From an uncultured Microthrixaceae bacterium (lineage in GTDB: Bacteria > Actinomycetota > Acidimicrobiia > Acidimicrobiales > DATDAH01): 64,000 bases of DNA. The stretch is from assembly GCA_963725155.1 (NCBI GenBank), contig CAVRXU010000002.1, positions 300,506-364,505 of the forward strand. The letters run 5' to 3'. Under the pieces are notes generated by a model, which saw only the letters and a program-made list of their open reading frames with translations, made no database searches and was not told the DNA's origin. This document shows positions 53,892-63,786 of the stretch, piece by piece. Position numbers and translations under genes: made by a program. Position 1 is the first letter of the stretch. Each line of letters starts with the position of its first letter.

Positions 53892-54800
53892 ATGCGCTTC
53901 TCGCTGTGGGCCTCGCTGAGCAACCCCTGGGCCGACGTCCTCGACGGCGTCCAGCACGCAGAGGCCACCGGCTGGGACGGGGTCTACGTCGCCGACCACT
54001 TCATGGCCGACGCCGGCGGCCCGTTCCCGCCCGACAGCCCGAACCTCGAGGCCACCGCCGTCCTGTCGGCGCTGGCGGCGGCGACCGAGCGGGTCCGGCT
54101 GGCCACGCTGGTCGTCGGCATCACCTACCGGCATCCCGCTGTCCTGGCCAAGTGGGCGGCCACCGTCGACCATGTCAGCGCTGGTCGCCTGCTCCTCGGA
54201 CTCGGCGCCGGCTGGCAGGAGAATGAGCACGAGCAGTACGGCATCGCCCTCGGCTCGCCGGGTGAGCGGGTCGACCGTTTCGAGGAGGCGCTGCGGGTCA
54301 TTCGGGGCCTGCTCGACGAGGCCAAGACGACCGTCGCGGGCGACCACTACACGGTGACCGACGCCATGGCTTGGCCCAAGCCGGTCCAGGACCACCTGCC
54401 GATCCTCATCGGGGCCAAGGGCAACCGCATGCTGGGCCTGGTCGCCAAGTACGCGGACGAGTGGAACATGTGGTCCTCACCGCCCCAGTTGGCCGAGCAC
54501 CGGGCTGTGCTGGACCAGAAGTGCGAGGCCATCGACCGGGACCCGGGGGACATCGCCACGTCGACCCAGGCCCTCGTCTTCGTCCTCGACGACAACGCGA
54601 AGACCGAGGAACTGCAGGCGGCGATGGGGGACCGGCCTTGCGTGGCGGGCACCCCAGAGCGCATCGCCGAGTCGGTTGCCGCTTGGCGGGATGCGGGCGT
54701 CGACGAGCTGATCGTCCCCGACTTCACCCTGGGGACCGGTAGCCAGCGGGCCGACGCCCTTGACACGATCATCGAGCACGTGGCCCCGGCGTTCCGTTGA
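53892..54800 (+). CDS. LLM class F420-dependent oxidoreductase
   Basis: MRFSLWASLSNPWADVLDGVQHAEATGWDGVYVADHFM...SAGRLLLGLGAGWQENEH. Confidence 0.85.
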   Translation: MRFSLWASLSNPWADVLDGVQHAEATGWDGVYVADHFMADAGGPFPPDSPNLEATAVLSALAAATERVRLATLVVGITYRHPAVLAKWAATVDHVSAGRLLLGLGAGWQENEHEQYGIALGSPGERVDRFEEALRVIRGLLDEAKTTVAGDHYTVTDAMAWPKPVQDHLPILIGAKGNRMLGLVAKYADEWNMWSSPPQLAEHRAVLDQKCEAIDRDPGDIATSTQALVFVLDDNAKTEELQAAMGDRPCVAGTPERIAESVAAWRDAGVDELIVPDFTLGTGSQRADALDTIIEHVAPAFR

Positions 54801-55498
54801 CCGCTCCCGAGCACGATCCGCCGACCGAGGTCGACCTGGTCCGGTGGAGCGAGGCCTTGTCGGCCATCGCCAAGACGGGGCTGGGCTTCAGCGACAACCT
54901 GTACGAGCGGGAGCGCTTCGAAGAGGTGCTGGCGGTCGCCGCCGACATCCGGGTGGCCTCGGGTCGGGCCTTCGACACCGAGACCCAGGTCGAGGAGTGG
55001 ATGAAGCAGGTGGGCGATGGGGTCGCCGGCTACGTCACGCCCAAGGTCGCCGTCGGCGCCGTCGTCGGCGACGAGGACGGCCGCATCCTCCTCGTCCAGC
55101 GGGCCGACTCGGGCATTTGGCTCTACCCGACGGGTTGGTGCGACGTCGGGTACTCGGCCTCCGAGGTCGTGCTCAAGGAGGTCTACGAGGAGACCGGGAT
55201 CGAGGCCGAGGTGGTCGCCCCCATCGCCATCTTCGACGGCCTGCGCCTCGGCTTCACCGGCATCCCGCTCTACTCGATCGTGTTCGCCTGCCGCCCGATC
55301 GGCGGTGAGCTGAAGGCCCACCCCCTCGAGTGCCGAGACGTGGGCTGGTTCGCGGAGGACGAGCTGCCCGAGCCGCTGGCCGGAGCCGACCTGTGGCGGA
55401 CCCACGCCTTCCGGGCCATCAACGGCGAGCAGGTCCCGGTCTGGTTCGACCCACCCCGCCGCACCCCGTGGCGTGAACACGCCGCCGAGGAGGACTGA
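54797..55498 (+). CDS. NUDIX hydrolase with an N-terminal Nudix_N_2-type domain
   Basis: WSEALSAIAKTGLGFSDNLYERERFEEVL. Nudix box GWCDVGYSASEVVLKEVYEETGIE. TTGA overlap with the upstream stop. Confidence 0.8.
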   Translation: MTAPEHDPPTEVDLVRWSEALSAIAKTGLGFSDNLYERERFEEVLAVAADIRVASGRAFDTETQVEEWMKQVGDGVAGYVTPKVAVGAVVGDEDGRILLVQRADSGIWLYPTGWCDVGYSASEVVLKEVYEETGIEAEVVAPIAIFDGLRLGFTGIPLYSIVFACRPIGGELKAHPLECRDVGWFAEDELPEPLAGADLWRTHAFRAINGEQVPVWFDPPRRTPWREHAAEED

Positions 55499-55499
55499 G

Positions 55500-56903
55500 A
55501 TGACCGACCCCACTGCCATCGAGATCGCCGAGGCCGTCCGTTCGGGGGAGCGCTCGGCCCGGGAGGTCCTGGACACCTACCTGGCCCGGATCGATGCCGG
55601 GAACGAGGCCCTCAACGCGTTCGTCCACCTGGACGCCGACCTGGCCGCCGCCGCCGCGGCCAAGGTCGACGAGCAGGTCGCCGTTGGTCATGACCCCGGG
55701 CCCTTCGCCGGGGTCCCCTTCGGGGTGAAAGACCTGGAGGACTGCGCGGGCATGCCCACCTCCCAAGGCTCACTGCCCTTCATGGGTCGTGGCCCGGTGG
55801 CAGCCGACTCGGTCCACGTCGCTCGGCTGCGAGCGGCCGGGGCCGTCCCGGTGGGGAAGACGGCGGCGCCGGAGTTCGGGACTCTCAACTTCACCAAGAC
55901 CAAGGCCTGGGGCATCACCCGCAGCCCCTGGAACCTCGAGCGCACGCCTGGTGGCTCCAGCGGCGGATCGGCGGCCGCGGTCGCGGCCGGGCTGGTGCCG
56001 ATGGCCACGGCCAGCGATGGTGGGGGCTCCACTCGCATCCCGGCCTCCTTCTCCGGCCTGGTCGGCATGAAGCCCAGCCACGGCCGCATCCCCCATCCGG
56101 GACCGCAGGACAGTCAGACCTCGGTGTACGGACTGCTGACCACCACCGTGGCCGAGTCGGCCCGCCACCTGGACGTCGCCGCCGGCCCCGACGAGCGGGA
56201 CCGCCTCTCGCTGCCGTCGACGGACGTCACCTATGAGTCCGCCATCGAGACCCTGAAGGTCGCCGGGCTGCGGGCCCGCTGGTCGCCGGACATGGCCTTC
56301 GCCACCGTCGACCCCGAGGTCTTGGACATCGCCGGCGGTGCCGCGCAGGAGCTGGCGTCGGCGGCCGGACTGGGCATCGACGAGGTCCCGGTCCACCTGC
56401 CCGACGCCGTCAAGGTCTGGCTGTCAGCCGGGGCCATGGACATCTGGCTCGACCTGGAGCCCGGCATGTGGCCCGGGGTGGCCGACGATCTGACCGCCTA
56501 CTCCCGCCAGAGCCTGGAGACCACCGAGGACTGGGTCATCTCCCGGTTCGCCAACGTCAAGCGGCGCCGGGAGGCACTCACCGAACAGGCCGCGGCGCTG
56601 TTCGCCGAGATCGACGTCCTGCTGACCCCGACGACGGCCATCCCCGCCTTCGCCGCCGAGGGCCCGCCCGTCGCGATCGTCGGCGGTGAAGAGGTGGTGG
56701 GGGCCATGGCCACACCGTTCACCATGCTGGCCAACCTCTGCTGGAACCCGGCCATATCGGTGCCGGCCGGTGTCACCGCGGACGGCCTGCCGGTCGGGCT
56801 GCAGATCGTGGCCCGGCGCCATCAGGACGAGGTGCCTCTGCGCCTGGCCCGAATACTGGAGCAGGCCCGCCCGTGGCCCCGTCTCGCCCCCGCCCCGGCC
56901 TGA
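55500..56903 (+). CDS. amidase (amidase-signature family)
   Basis: GVPFGVKD...GGSSGGSAAAVAAGLVPMATASDGGGSTRIPASFSGLVGMKPS. ATG at 55500 follows gaggagga. Confidence 0.9.
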   Translation: MTDPTAIEIAEAVRSGERSAREVLDTYLARIDAGNEALNAFVHLDADLAAAAAAKVDEQVAVGHDPGPFAGVPFGVKDLEDCAGMPTSQGSLPFMGRGPVAADSVHVARLRAAGAVPVGKTAAPEFGTLNFTKTKAWGITRSPWNLERTPGGSSGGSAAAVAAGLVPMATASDGGGSTRIPASFSGLVGMKPSHGRIPHPGPQDSQTSVYGLLTTTVAESARHLDVAAGPDERDRLSLPSTDVTYESAIETLKVAGLRARWSPDMAFATVDPEVLDIAGGAAQELASAAGLGIDEVPVHLPDAVKVWLSAGAMDIWLDLEPGMWPGVADDLTAYSRQSLETTEDWVISRFANVKRRREALTEQAAALFAEIDVLLTPTTAIPAFAAEGPPVAIVGGEEVVGAMATPFTMLANLCWNPAISVPAGVTADGLPVGLQIVARRHQDEVPLRLARILEQARPWPRLAPAPA

Positions 56904-57370
56904 CCCGGATCCTCGAGGTCGCCCCTGCGGGCACACACGGCCTGCGCCGGACGGTCCTGCGGGACGGTGGGGACGAGGAGGTCGTCTTCGCCGGTGACGA
57001 CGAGCGGGAGACGTTCCACCTCGCCGCGGTCGACGAGGACGGCACGACCGTGGGCATCGTCACCTTTCTGGAGCGGGAGTGCCCGGGTCGCCCTGAGGTC
57101 CATCCCGCTCGCCAGCTCCGGGGGATGGCCGTGGCCACCGAGCGCCGGGGCGAGGGCCTCGGGACGGCGCTCCTCCGGGCCGGTCTCGAGCGCTGCCGGG
57201 CGGAAGGGGTTGCTGTGGTCTGGGCTCACGCCCGCCTCACTGCCGTGCCCTGGTATGAGGCCCACGGGCTCCCCGCCGAAGGTGACGTCTACGTCTTCGG
57301 GGTCATGGACCTCCCGCACCGTCTCGTGGTGATCGACCTCTCTCTTGACGTTGTAGGGATACCCCCTTAG
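56873..57370 (+). CDS. GNAT family N-acetyltransferase
   Basis: QLRGMAVATERRGEGLGTALLRAGLERCRAEG (acetyl-CoA motif A). The start is uncertain; the GTG at 56873 overlaps the amidase gene by 31 nt. Confidence 0.7.
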   Translation: MAPSRPRPGLTRILEVAPAGTHGLRRTVLRDGGDEEVVFAGDDERETFHLAAVDEDGTTVGIVTFLERECPGRPEVHPARQLRGMAVATERRGEGLGTALLRAGLERCRAEGVAVVWAHARLTAVPWYEAHGLPAEGDVYVFGVMDLPHRLVVIDLSLDVVGIPP

Positions 57371-57376
57371 GGTATA
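57345..57376 (+). promoter_or_regulatory. candidate promoter with an embedded CsoR-like inverted repeat upstream of the Cu-ATPase
   Basis: TTGACG, 17 nt, then TAGGGT. The inverted repeat ATACCC-ccTTA-GGGTAT (57359-57375) spans the -10 region. It resembles the TACCC..GGGTA type Cu-repressor operators. Confidence 0.4.
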
Positions 57377-57379
57377 GAA

Positions 57380-59422
57380 ATGGCGATGGCAGCCGAAGAG
57401 GGGGTCATGGCCGCGACCGGCCACCACGACGGAGCTGGACACGACAGCCCCGACGGCCATGGGGGTCACGGCGGCCACGCCGATCACGCCGAGGTCTTCC
57501 GGCGCCGCTTCTGGTGGAGCCTCCTGCTGACCGTGCCGATCGTCGCCACCAGCGACATGGTCATGGAGTGGTTCCGGTACGACCTCGACTTTCCGGGGAT
57601 CGAGCTGGTCGGCCCCGTGCTCGGGACCGTCGTGTTCCTGTGGGGCGGCTGGCCGTTCCTGTCGGGCGGGGCCCAAGAACTGCGGTCCCGCCAGCCCGGC
57701 ATGATGCTGCTCGTCGCCACGGCCATCACCGTGGCCTACACGGCGTCGATGGCCACGAGCCTCGGTTGGTTCGACCTCGAGTTCTGGTGGGAGCTGGCCG
57801 CTCTGGTCACGATCATGCTCCTCGGCCACTGGCAGGAGATGAAGGCGCTCGGCCAGGCCGGCGACGCCCTGGCCGCTCTGGCCGCGCTGCTCCCCGACGA
57901 GGCGGAGCGAGTCGGGCCTGACGGGACCGTCGAGGTCGTCCCCGTCGACGCCCTCCTCCTCGGTGACGTCGCTCTCGTCCGGTCGGGCAGCCGGGTCCCC
58001 GCCGACGGCGAGATCGTCGACGGCGGAGCCGAGCTGGACGAGTCCATGATCACCGGCGAGTCCCGCCCCGTGGCCAAGTCTGTCGGTGACCGGGTCATCG
58101 CCGGGACGGTGGCCACCGACTCGGCCCTGCGGGTGCGGGTCGACGCCGTGGGCGACGAGACGGCCCTGGCCGGGATCCAACGCCTGGTGGCCGAAGCCCA
58201 GCGTTCGACCAGCCGGGCTCAAGTCCTGGCCGATCGGGCAGCCGCCCTGCTGTTCTACGTGGCCGCCGGTGCGGCGGCCGTCACCTTCGTGGCCTGGTCG
58301 GTGTTCGACTCGCTCGACGAGGCGGTGGTCCGGGTGGTGACGGTCCTGGTCATCTCCTGTCCCCATGCCCTGGGCCTGGCCATCCCGCTGGTCATCGCCA
58401 TCTCGTCGGCGAAGGCCGCGGCCAACGGCATCCTGGTGAAGGACCGGCTGGCCCTGGAGCAGAGCCGGACCGTCGAAGCCTTCCTGTTCGACAAGACCGG
58501 CACGCTCACCAAGGGCGAGCACGCCGTGGCAAGCGTCGCGGGCGTTGACGGGATGACCGAGGACGAGGTCCTCGCCGTCGCCGCAGCCGTGGAGGCGGAC
58601 AGTGAGCACCCGCTGGCCCGGGCCATCGTGGCCGCCGCCCCGTCCTCGGGCCTGGCCGGTTCGAGTTTTCGCTCCCACACGGGTCGGGGCGTCGAGGCCG
58701 TCGTCGGTGGTCGGCGTTACACCGTCGGCGGTCCGGCCCTCCTACGGGAGCAGGGGGTGGGTGAGCCGGCCGATCTGTCGAGGTGGGCGGACGGTTGGCG
58801 CGGCCGGGGCGCAGCCGTCCTCTACCTGGTCGACGACGAGGGCGTCCTGGGCGCGCTGGCCCTCGAGGACGAGGTCCGCCCCGAAGCCCGGGAGGCGGTG
58901 GCCGCCCTGCAGGACATGGGTCGACGGGTGGTGATGATCACGGGAGACGCTCGTGAGGTGGCCGATGCCGTCGCCGCCGACCTGGGCGTGGACGAGGTCT
59001 TCGCCGAGGTGCTGCCGGAGGACAAGGACGCCAAGGTGGCGGAGCTCCAGGCTCGCGGCCTGTCGGTGGCCATGGTTGGTGATGGTGTCAACGATGCCCC
59101 GGCCCTGGCCCGGGCCGACGTCGGCATCGCCATCGGCGCGGGGACGGACGTGGCCATCGAGTCCGCCGGCTTGATCCTGGCCCGCTCGGACCCGCGGGCG
59201 GTGGTCGGGGTCGTCCGCCTCTCACGGGCCGTCCACCGCAAGAGCCTCCAGAACCTCGGATGGGCCGCGGGCTACAACCTTGTGGCCATCCCTGTCGCGG
59301 CCGGGGCGCTGGCGTGGGCCGGGGTGAGCCTGACGCCCGCGGTCGGAGCGATCCTGATGAGCGTGTCCACGATCGTGGTGGCCCTCAACGCCCAACTCCT
59401 GCGCGGCCTCGATCTGCGCTGA
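57380..59422 (+). CDS. heavy-metal P1B-type ATPase, CopB-like (His-rich N-terminus, CPH motif)
   Basis: HHDGAGHDSPDGHGGHGGHADH, TM CPH in VISCPHALGLA, DKTGTLT, GDGVNDAPAL. Confidence 0.9.
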   Translation: MAMAAEEGVMAATGHHDGAGHDSPDGHGGHGGHADHAEVFRRRFWWSLLLTVPIVATSDMVMEWFRYDLDFPGIELVGPVLGTVVFLWGGWPFLSGGAQELRSRQPGMMLLVATAITVAYTASMATSLGWFDLEFWWELAALVTIMLLGHWQEMKALGQAGDALAALAALLPDEAERVGPDGTVEVVPVDALLLGDVALVRSGSRVPADGEIVDGGAELDESMITGESRPVAKSVGDRVIAGTVATDSALRVRVDAVGDETALAGIQRLVAEAQRSTSRAQVLADRAAALLFYVAAGAAAVTFVAWSVFDSLDEAVVRVVTVLVISCPHALGLAIPLVIAISSAKAAANGILVKDRLALEQSRTVEAFLFDKTGTLTKGEHAVASVAGVDGMTEDEVLAVAAAVEADSEHPLARAIVAAAPSSGLAGSSFRSHTGRGVEAVVGGRRYTVGGPALLREQGVGEPADLSRWADGWRGRGAAVLYLVDDEGVLGALALEDEVRPEAREAVAALQDMGRRVVMITGDAREVADAVAADLGVDEVFAEVLPEDKDAKVAELQARGLSVAMVGDGVNDAPALARADVGIAIGAGTDVAIESAGLILARSDPRAVVGVVRLSRAVHRKSLQNLGWAAGYNLVAIPVAAGALAWAGVSLTPAVGAILMSVSTIVVALNAQLLRGLDLR

Positions 59423-59509
59423 CCACTTCGTGGAACATGCCGGAGAACCAGTCGGCGGGCTCGGCCCAGAAGCGCCCCCGGTCGCCCGCCCACTCTGTGG
59501 TGCTCTCGT

Positions 59510-60358
59510 TCAGCGGTCGCGCAGGAACCGTTCGACTTCGTCGACCAAGTCGCTGCCGTTGCCGTGGAGGGCCTGCTCGTCGAAGACCCGTTCCAGCTCG
59601 GCCACGTAGGTGGAGGACTCCTCGTCCTCCTGGACGAGCTCGTCCAGCTGGCGCTCGTAGGCCGTGGTGGCGATCTCCAACTCGGTGACCGGGATGGTCG
59701 TGTCGAGGAGCTGGCCGAGGCGCTCGATCAGGGCCAGCGCCGCCTTCGGTGACGTGCTGCCGGGGACATAGGACGGGACCGAGCCCCAGAGGGATATGGA
59801 GTCGAGGCCGGCGGTGCGGCAGGCCTCGTGGAGGGCGCCGACGATACCAGTCGGGCCCTCGTAGCCCGACGGCCGCAGGTCGAGGCGGGTGATCAGCTCG
59901 GCGTCGTCGGCCGTGCCGATGACCGAGGTCGGCCGGGTGTGGGGGATGTCGGTGAGCAGGGCGCCCAGGGTCACGACCATGGAAACGCCCAGCTCGTGGG
60001 CCACCCCCGTGATCTGCTCGCCGTAGGTGCGCCAGCGCAGGTTGGGCTCGATGCCGTCGAGCACGAGGAGGTCACGGTCCTGACCGGGGACCTCGCCCGC
60101 CCAGAAGCGGTTGGCCGGCCAGTCGATGCGACGCAGCCCGTCATCGTCGAAGGTGACGTGGGGGCGGGTGTCGGTGAAGCTGTAGAACTCCTCGGGGTCC
60201 AGCTCCGCGACCAGGTCGAGCTCCCACACGTCCCGCAGGTGGCGGACCGCGGTGGAGGCGGCGTCGCCGGCATCGTTCCAGCCCTCGAAGGCGGCGACGA
60301 GCATCGGGCTCCGCAGCGGCTGGCGCCGGTGCCAGTGCACGTGGTCGAGGGATGCCAT
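59510..60358 (-). CDS. PAC2 (proteasome assembly chaperone 2-like) family protein
   Basis: MASLDHVHWHRRQPLRSPMLVAAFEGWNDAGDAASTAVRHL...ATP-grasp-like PAC2 core. I prefer the ATG at 60358. Confidence 0.8.
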   Translation of the reverse strand: MASLDHVHWHRRQPLRSPMLVAAFEGWNDAGDAASTAVRHLRDVWELDLVAELDPEEFYSFTDTRPHVTFDDDGLRRIDWPANRFWAGEVPGQDRDLLVLDGIEPNLRWRTYGEQITGVAHELGVSMVVTLGALLTDIPHTRPTSVIGTADDAELITRLDLRPSGYEGPTGIVGALHEACRTAGLDSISLWGSVPSYVPGSTSPKAALALIERLGQLLDTTIPVTELEIATTAYERQLDELVQEDEESSTYVAELERVFDEQALHGNGSDLVDEVERFLRDR

Positions 60359-60523
60359 CGCCCCTGCACGGTACCGGCGCGACCGAGGCCGTTCCCCGCG
60401 AACGACGGGGGATGGACCTGACCCTCGAGCTGGGCAGAACGATGGCACCGACGGGGGGCGCGGGGTCGGGCTGATCGTCGTCGGGGGCGGACGACCGGAT
60501 CGCCCCCCGGCGTGACCGCATCC

Positions 60524-60571
60524 CGTTCTGGCACCTGATTCGGTCGCTAGAGGAACCGAATCAGGTGCCGG
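60524..60571. repeat. palindromic REP-like element, copy C
   Basis: cgttctggcacctgattcgg - 12 nt - ccgaatcaggtgccgg, located between two minus-strand genes. Confidence 0.75.
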
Positions 60572-60675
60572 TATCGGATCGCTGGGCCGAGCCGGACGAT
60601 CTGCTCACGCTCGGTGAGATCCAGGGGCTGAAGGGCGGCGAGGGACTGGCGGTCGAGCGGCCCGGCCTTTGGCCG

Positions 60676-61551
60676 TCAGCGGTCCGCTGCGGCGCCCAGG
60701 TCGCTCGGGTCCACCGGGTAGCCACCCGACGCGACGACGGCCTTGGCCCACGGACGAGTGAGGGCGAGGAGCTCGTCGTAGTCGTCGCCCAGTGCGGCGA
60801 GGACGGTGTCGTCGCCGCTGTCGGTGGCCGCTTCGATCGCCTCCCGCACCTCGCGGCCGGCGTCGGTCAGGGTCTCCCCGTCGAGCAGGCCCCGGTCCTG
60901 CAGGCGGGCCACGGCCGCAGCCCGCTGGTCGTCGGTCCAGCCCCGGGTCCAGGCGTAGGAGTTGAGGGGGATGCCCCACCAGAGCTCGGTGAGCAGGGTG
61001 ATCTCGACGGCGTCCACCCCGCCGGCCACCCACGCCGCGTTGTGGGCGTCACCGCGGTACTCCCGGAGCAGGTCTGCGGCCCGCCACAGGTCGCCGACGG
61101 GATCGCCGGGCCAACCCAGCGAGCGCAGGCCGGCGTGGATGGCGTGCCCGTTCGGAGTGGTGGCCTCGATGCCCTGCCGCAGGACCTCGGTTGCCCGCTC
61201 GATGCCGGCGGGCAACGCGCCGTCGTTGGCCTCGCTCAGGATCCGGCTGAGGCTCTCGGTGGCCCCCGCCTGGCGGGCGGCCAGGATCGTTTCGGGGTCG
61301 GTCGTGGCCCAGCCCTTGGTCACGGCAGGGATCACCGCATCGGGGCTGAACACGCCGAAGATCGCGGTCACGGCCTCGCCGGTCAGGCGGCCCATGCAGG
61401 CCGAGCGGGAGCAGAAGTAGCCGCCGAAGTAGTCGAGGCCCATCTCGGTGTACCGGTCGTGCGCCTCCTTGGCGAAGTACACGTTGGCGGCCAAGGGCTC
61501 GAGGGCGTTGCGCAGGCGGCGGGCGGGCGGGGTTCGGGGGTTCTCGGGCAC
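60676..61551 (-). CDS. conserved actinobacterial hypothetical protein (resembles what I recall as the SCO6745 family)
   Basis: LRNALEPLAANVYFAKEAHDRYTEMGLDYFGGYFCSRSACMGRLTGEAVTAIFGVFSPDAV... The family name is from memory only. Confidence 0.6.
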   Translation of the reverse strand: MPENPRTPPARRLRNALEPLAANVYFAKEAHDRYTEMGLDYFGGYFCSRSACMGRLTGEAVTAIFGVFSPDAVIPAVTKGWATTDPETILAARQAGATESLSRILSEANDGALPAGIERATEVLRQGIEATTPNGHAIHAGLRSLGWPGDPVGDLWRAADLLREYRGDAHNAAWVAGGVDAVEITLLTELWWGIPLNSYAWTRGWTDDQRAAAVARLQDRGLLDGETLTDAGREVREAIEAATDSGDDTVLAALGDDYDELLALTRPWAKAVVASGGYPVDPSDLGAAADR

Positions 61552-61628
61552 CCCGACAACCTACGCGGGACGCGGTCCGGGGTCCCTCGGTAGGATCGCC
61601 GAGGCCCGCGAGCGACGAAGGGGATCGG

Positions 61629-63180
61629 ATGGCCGATGGCGCCGTAATTCGGACGGTCGGAGAGCTGATGAGCTCACCGGTCGTCACCGCCGAACCCTCC
61701 GAAACCGTGGCTGACGCGTCGTCCCACATGCGGGACGCCGGCGTCGGGTCGGTCGTCGTCGTCGACAGCACGCACCGCGCCATCGGCATCCTCACCGAGC
61801 GAGACCTGATCCGCTTCGCCGCCGCGGGCGACGCGGCCCGTGACACCAAGGTCTCCGAGTGGATGACCCCCGATCCGGCCACGGTCGGTCCCGACGAGCC
61901 TGTCGGCGAGGCCTTCCACTGGCTGTCCGAGCACGGCTACCGCCACATACCGGTCGTCGACGGTGACGACGGCGTCGTCGGCATCGTGTCGTTGCGGGAC
62001 CTGCTGAAGATCGCCGCCATCGAGCCCGTCACCCACCCCGGGCACATGGAGGCCCCCAAGGGCCTGGCCGGGGTGATCGTGGCCGAGACGTCGGTGGGCG
62101 ACGTCCGGGGTCAGGAGGGCTTCTACCACTACCGCCAGTACTCGGCCACGGACCTGGCGGAGAAGCGTTCGCTGGAGGATGTCTGGCACCTGATGTTCGA
62201 GGGCGAGCTGCCCACGCCCGCCGAACGGGAGGCCTTTCAGGCCGAGATCGTGGCCAACCGGATGCTGCCGCCGACCGTCGCCGCCCAGCTCCCGGCCATC
62301 GCCGCGGCGTCGGAACGCTTCCTGCCCCTCGACGGCCTGCGCACTGTGATCTCCCTGGTCGGGTCCGCCCTTGACTTCGAACCCTCGTTGGATGTCACGG
62401 CCGAGGAGCTGCGCCACAACGCCATGCAGGTCTGTGCCGTCGTGCCGACCACTCTGGCCGCCCTCTACCGCCTGCACCACGGCGAGCAGCCCATCGACCC
62501 CCATCCCGACCTGGGGTACGCGGCCAACTACCTCTACATGATCACCGGCGAGGTGCCCGACCCCGACCTGGCCCGCGGCATCGAGCAGTACCAGATCACC
62601 ACCGTGGACCACGGCTTCAACGCCTCGACGTTCACCGCCCGGGTCATCACCTCCACGGGTGCCGACCTCGCGGCCGCCGTCGTCGGGGGCATCGGGGCCC
62701 TGTCCGGCCCGCTGCACGGTGGGGCCCCCAGCCGAGCCCTCGACATGCTCGATGCCATCGGCACGCCGGACAAGACGGAGGCCTGGGTCCGCAACGCGGT
62801 GGAGAGCGGCGACCGGATCATGGGCTTCGGGCACCGCGTCTACAAGACCGAGGACCCCCGATCCCGCCTGCTCAAAGGCGTGGCCCGCGCGCCTCGGGGG
62901 CGACATGGCCGACTTCGCCGAGAAGGTCGAGCAGACCGTCGTCGACATCCTCGCCGAGCTGAAGCCCGGCCGGGAGCTCTACGCCAACGTCGAGTTCTAC
63001 GCCGGCGTGGTCATGGATCGCTGCGGGCTGCCCCGGGTGATGTTCACCCCGACGTTCGCGTCCAGCCGGGTCATCGGCTGGTGCGCCAACATCCTCGAGC
63101 AGGCCGCCGACAACCGGGTCATCCGCCCCAACGCCCGTTACGTCGGTCCGCCTCCACCCCAGCCCGTCCCCGACGCGTGA
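61629..63180 (+). pseudogene. CBS-pair / citrate synthase fusion with an apparent 1-nt frameshift near 62886-62892 (or a sequence error)
   Basis: The N-terminus has two CBS motifs (VVTAEPSETVADASSHMRDAGVGSVVVVD; HIPVVDGDDGVVGIVSLRDLL). The citrate synthase core follows (GFYHYRQYSATDLA...GPLHGGAPSRALDML...IMGFGHRVYKTEDPRSRLLKGVAR). The remainder RLGGDMADFAEKVEQ...NVEFYAGVV...TFASSRVIGWCANILEQ...IRPNARYVG reads in the +1 frame (track ORF 62659..63180). The shift falls in the run cgcgcgc. Confidence 0.75.
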
Positions 63181-63611
63181 CGGTTGCGGTCACCGAGGTC
63201 ACCGTCGTCGACGACGAGCTCGTTCTCGCCTTCGAGCGGCTGACGCCCCAGCTCTCGTCCTCCAACCCACCCCCCTCGCGGGAGGCGTTGGAGGAGATCG
63301 TGGCCTCGCCCGCCACTGTGTTGTTCGTCGCCCGGGAGGGTGACAACCCGATCCTGGGCTCGTTGACGCTCGCCCTCTTTCGGATCCCGACCGGCCTGCG
63401 GGCCTGGATCGAGGACGTGGTTGTCGACGAGTCCGCCCGGGGAGGAGGCGTCGGCGCCGCCCTGAACGAGGCGGCCCTGGACCACGCCCGCGCGGCGGGG
63501 GCCCGCACCGTCGACCTGACCAGCCGCCCCAGCCGCGAGGCCGCCAACCGTCTCTACCGGCGTCTCGGCTTCGTCGAGCGCGAGACGAACGTCTACCGCT
63601 TCGGCCTCTAG
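63177..63611 (+). CDS. GNAT family N-acetyltransferase
   Basis: IEDVVVDESARGGGVGAALNEAALDHARAAGARTVDLTSRPSREAANRLYRRLGF. GTGA overlap with the citrate synthase stop. Confidence 0.8.
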   Translation: MTVAVTEVTVVDDELVLAFERLTPQLSSSNPPPSREALEEIVASPATVLFVAREGDNPILGSLTLALFRIPTGLRAWIEDVVVDESARGGGVGAALNEAALDHARAAGARTVDLTSRPSREAANRLYRRLGFVERETNVYRFGL

Positions 63612-63786
63612 GAACGCGTCATCGAGTCTGACAGACGGTCGAGGGCAGATTTGACGTCGAGTGACACCCAACGCGCGCTCGGGGCTCATCGTCGGGGGTG
63701 GGGAGCGATGCGGGCGGGGTGGAAGCGTGACCGGCAAATCGGGCGCCAGAACGACCGGAGCCGGGCGGTGGGGTACAACGACGACC

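Noticed and set aside
56822-58678. 618-aa minus-strand ORF
   Set aside because: Shadow ORF opposite the GNAT and CopB ATPase genes.
61629-63611. 660-aa ORF read as one CBS / citrate synthase / GNAT triple fusion
   Set aside because: The middle ~95 codons are Arg-rich nonsense caused by a 1-nt frameshift. The true citrate synthase C-terminus is in the +1 frame and ends at 63180. The GNAT is a separate gene starting at the overlapping GTG at 63177.
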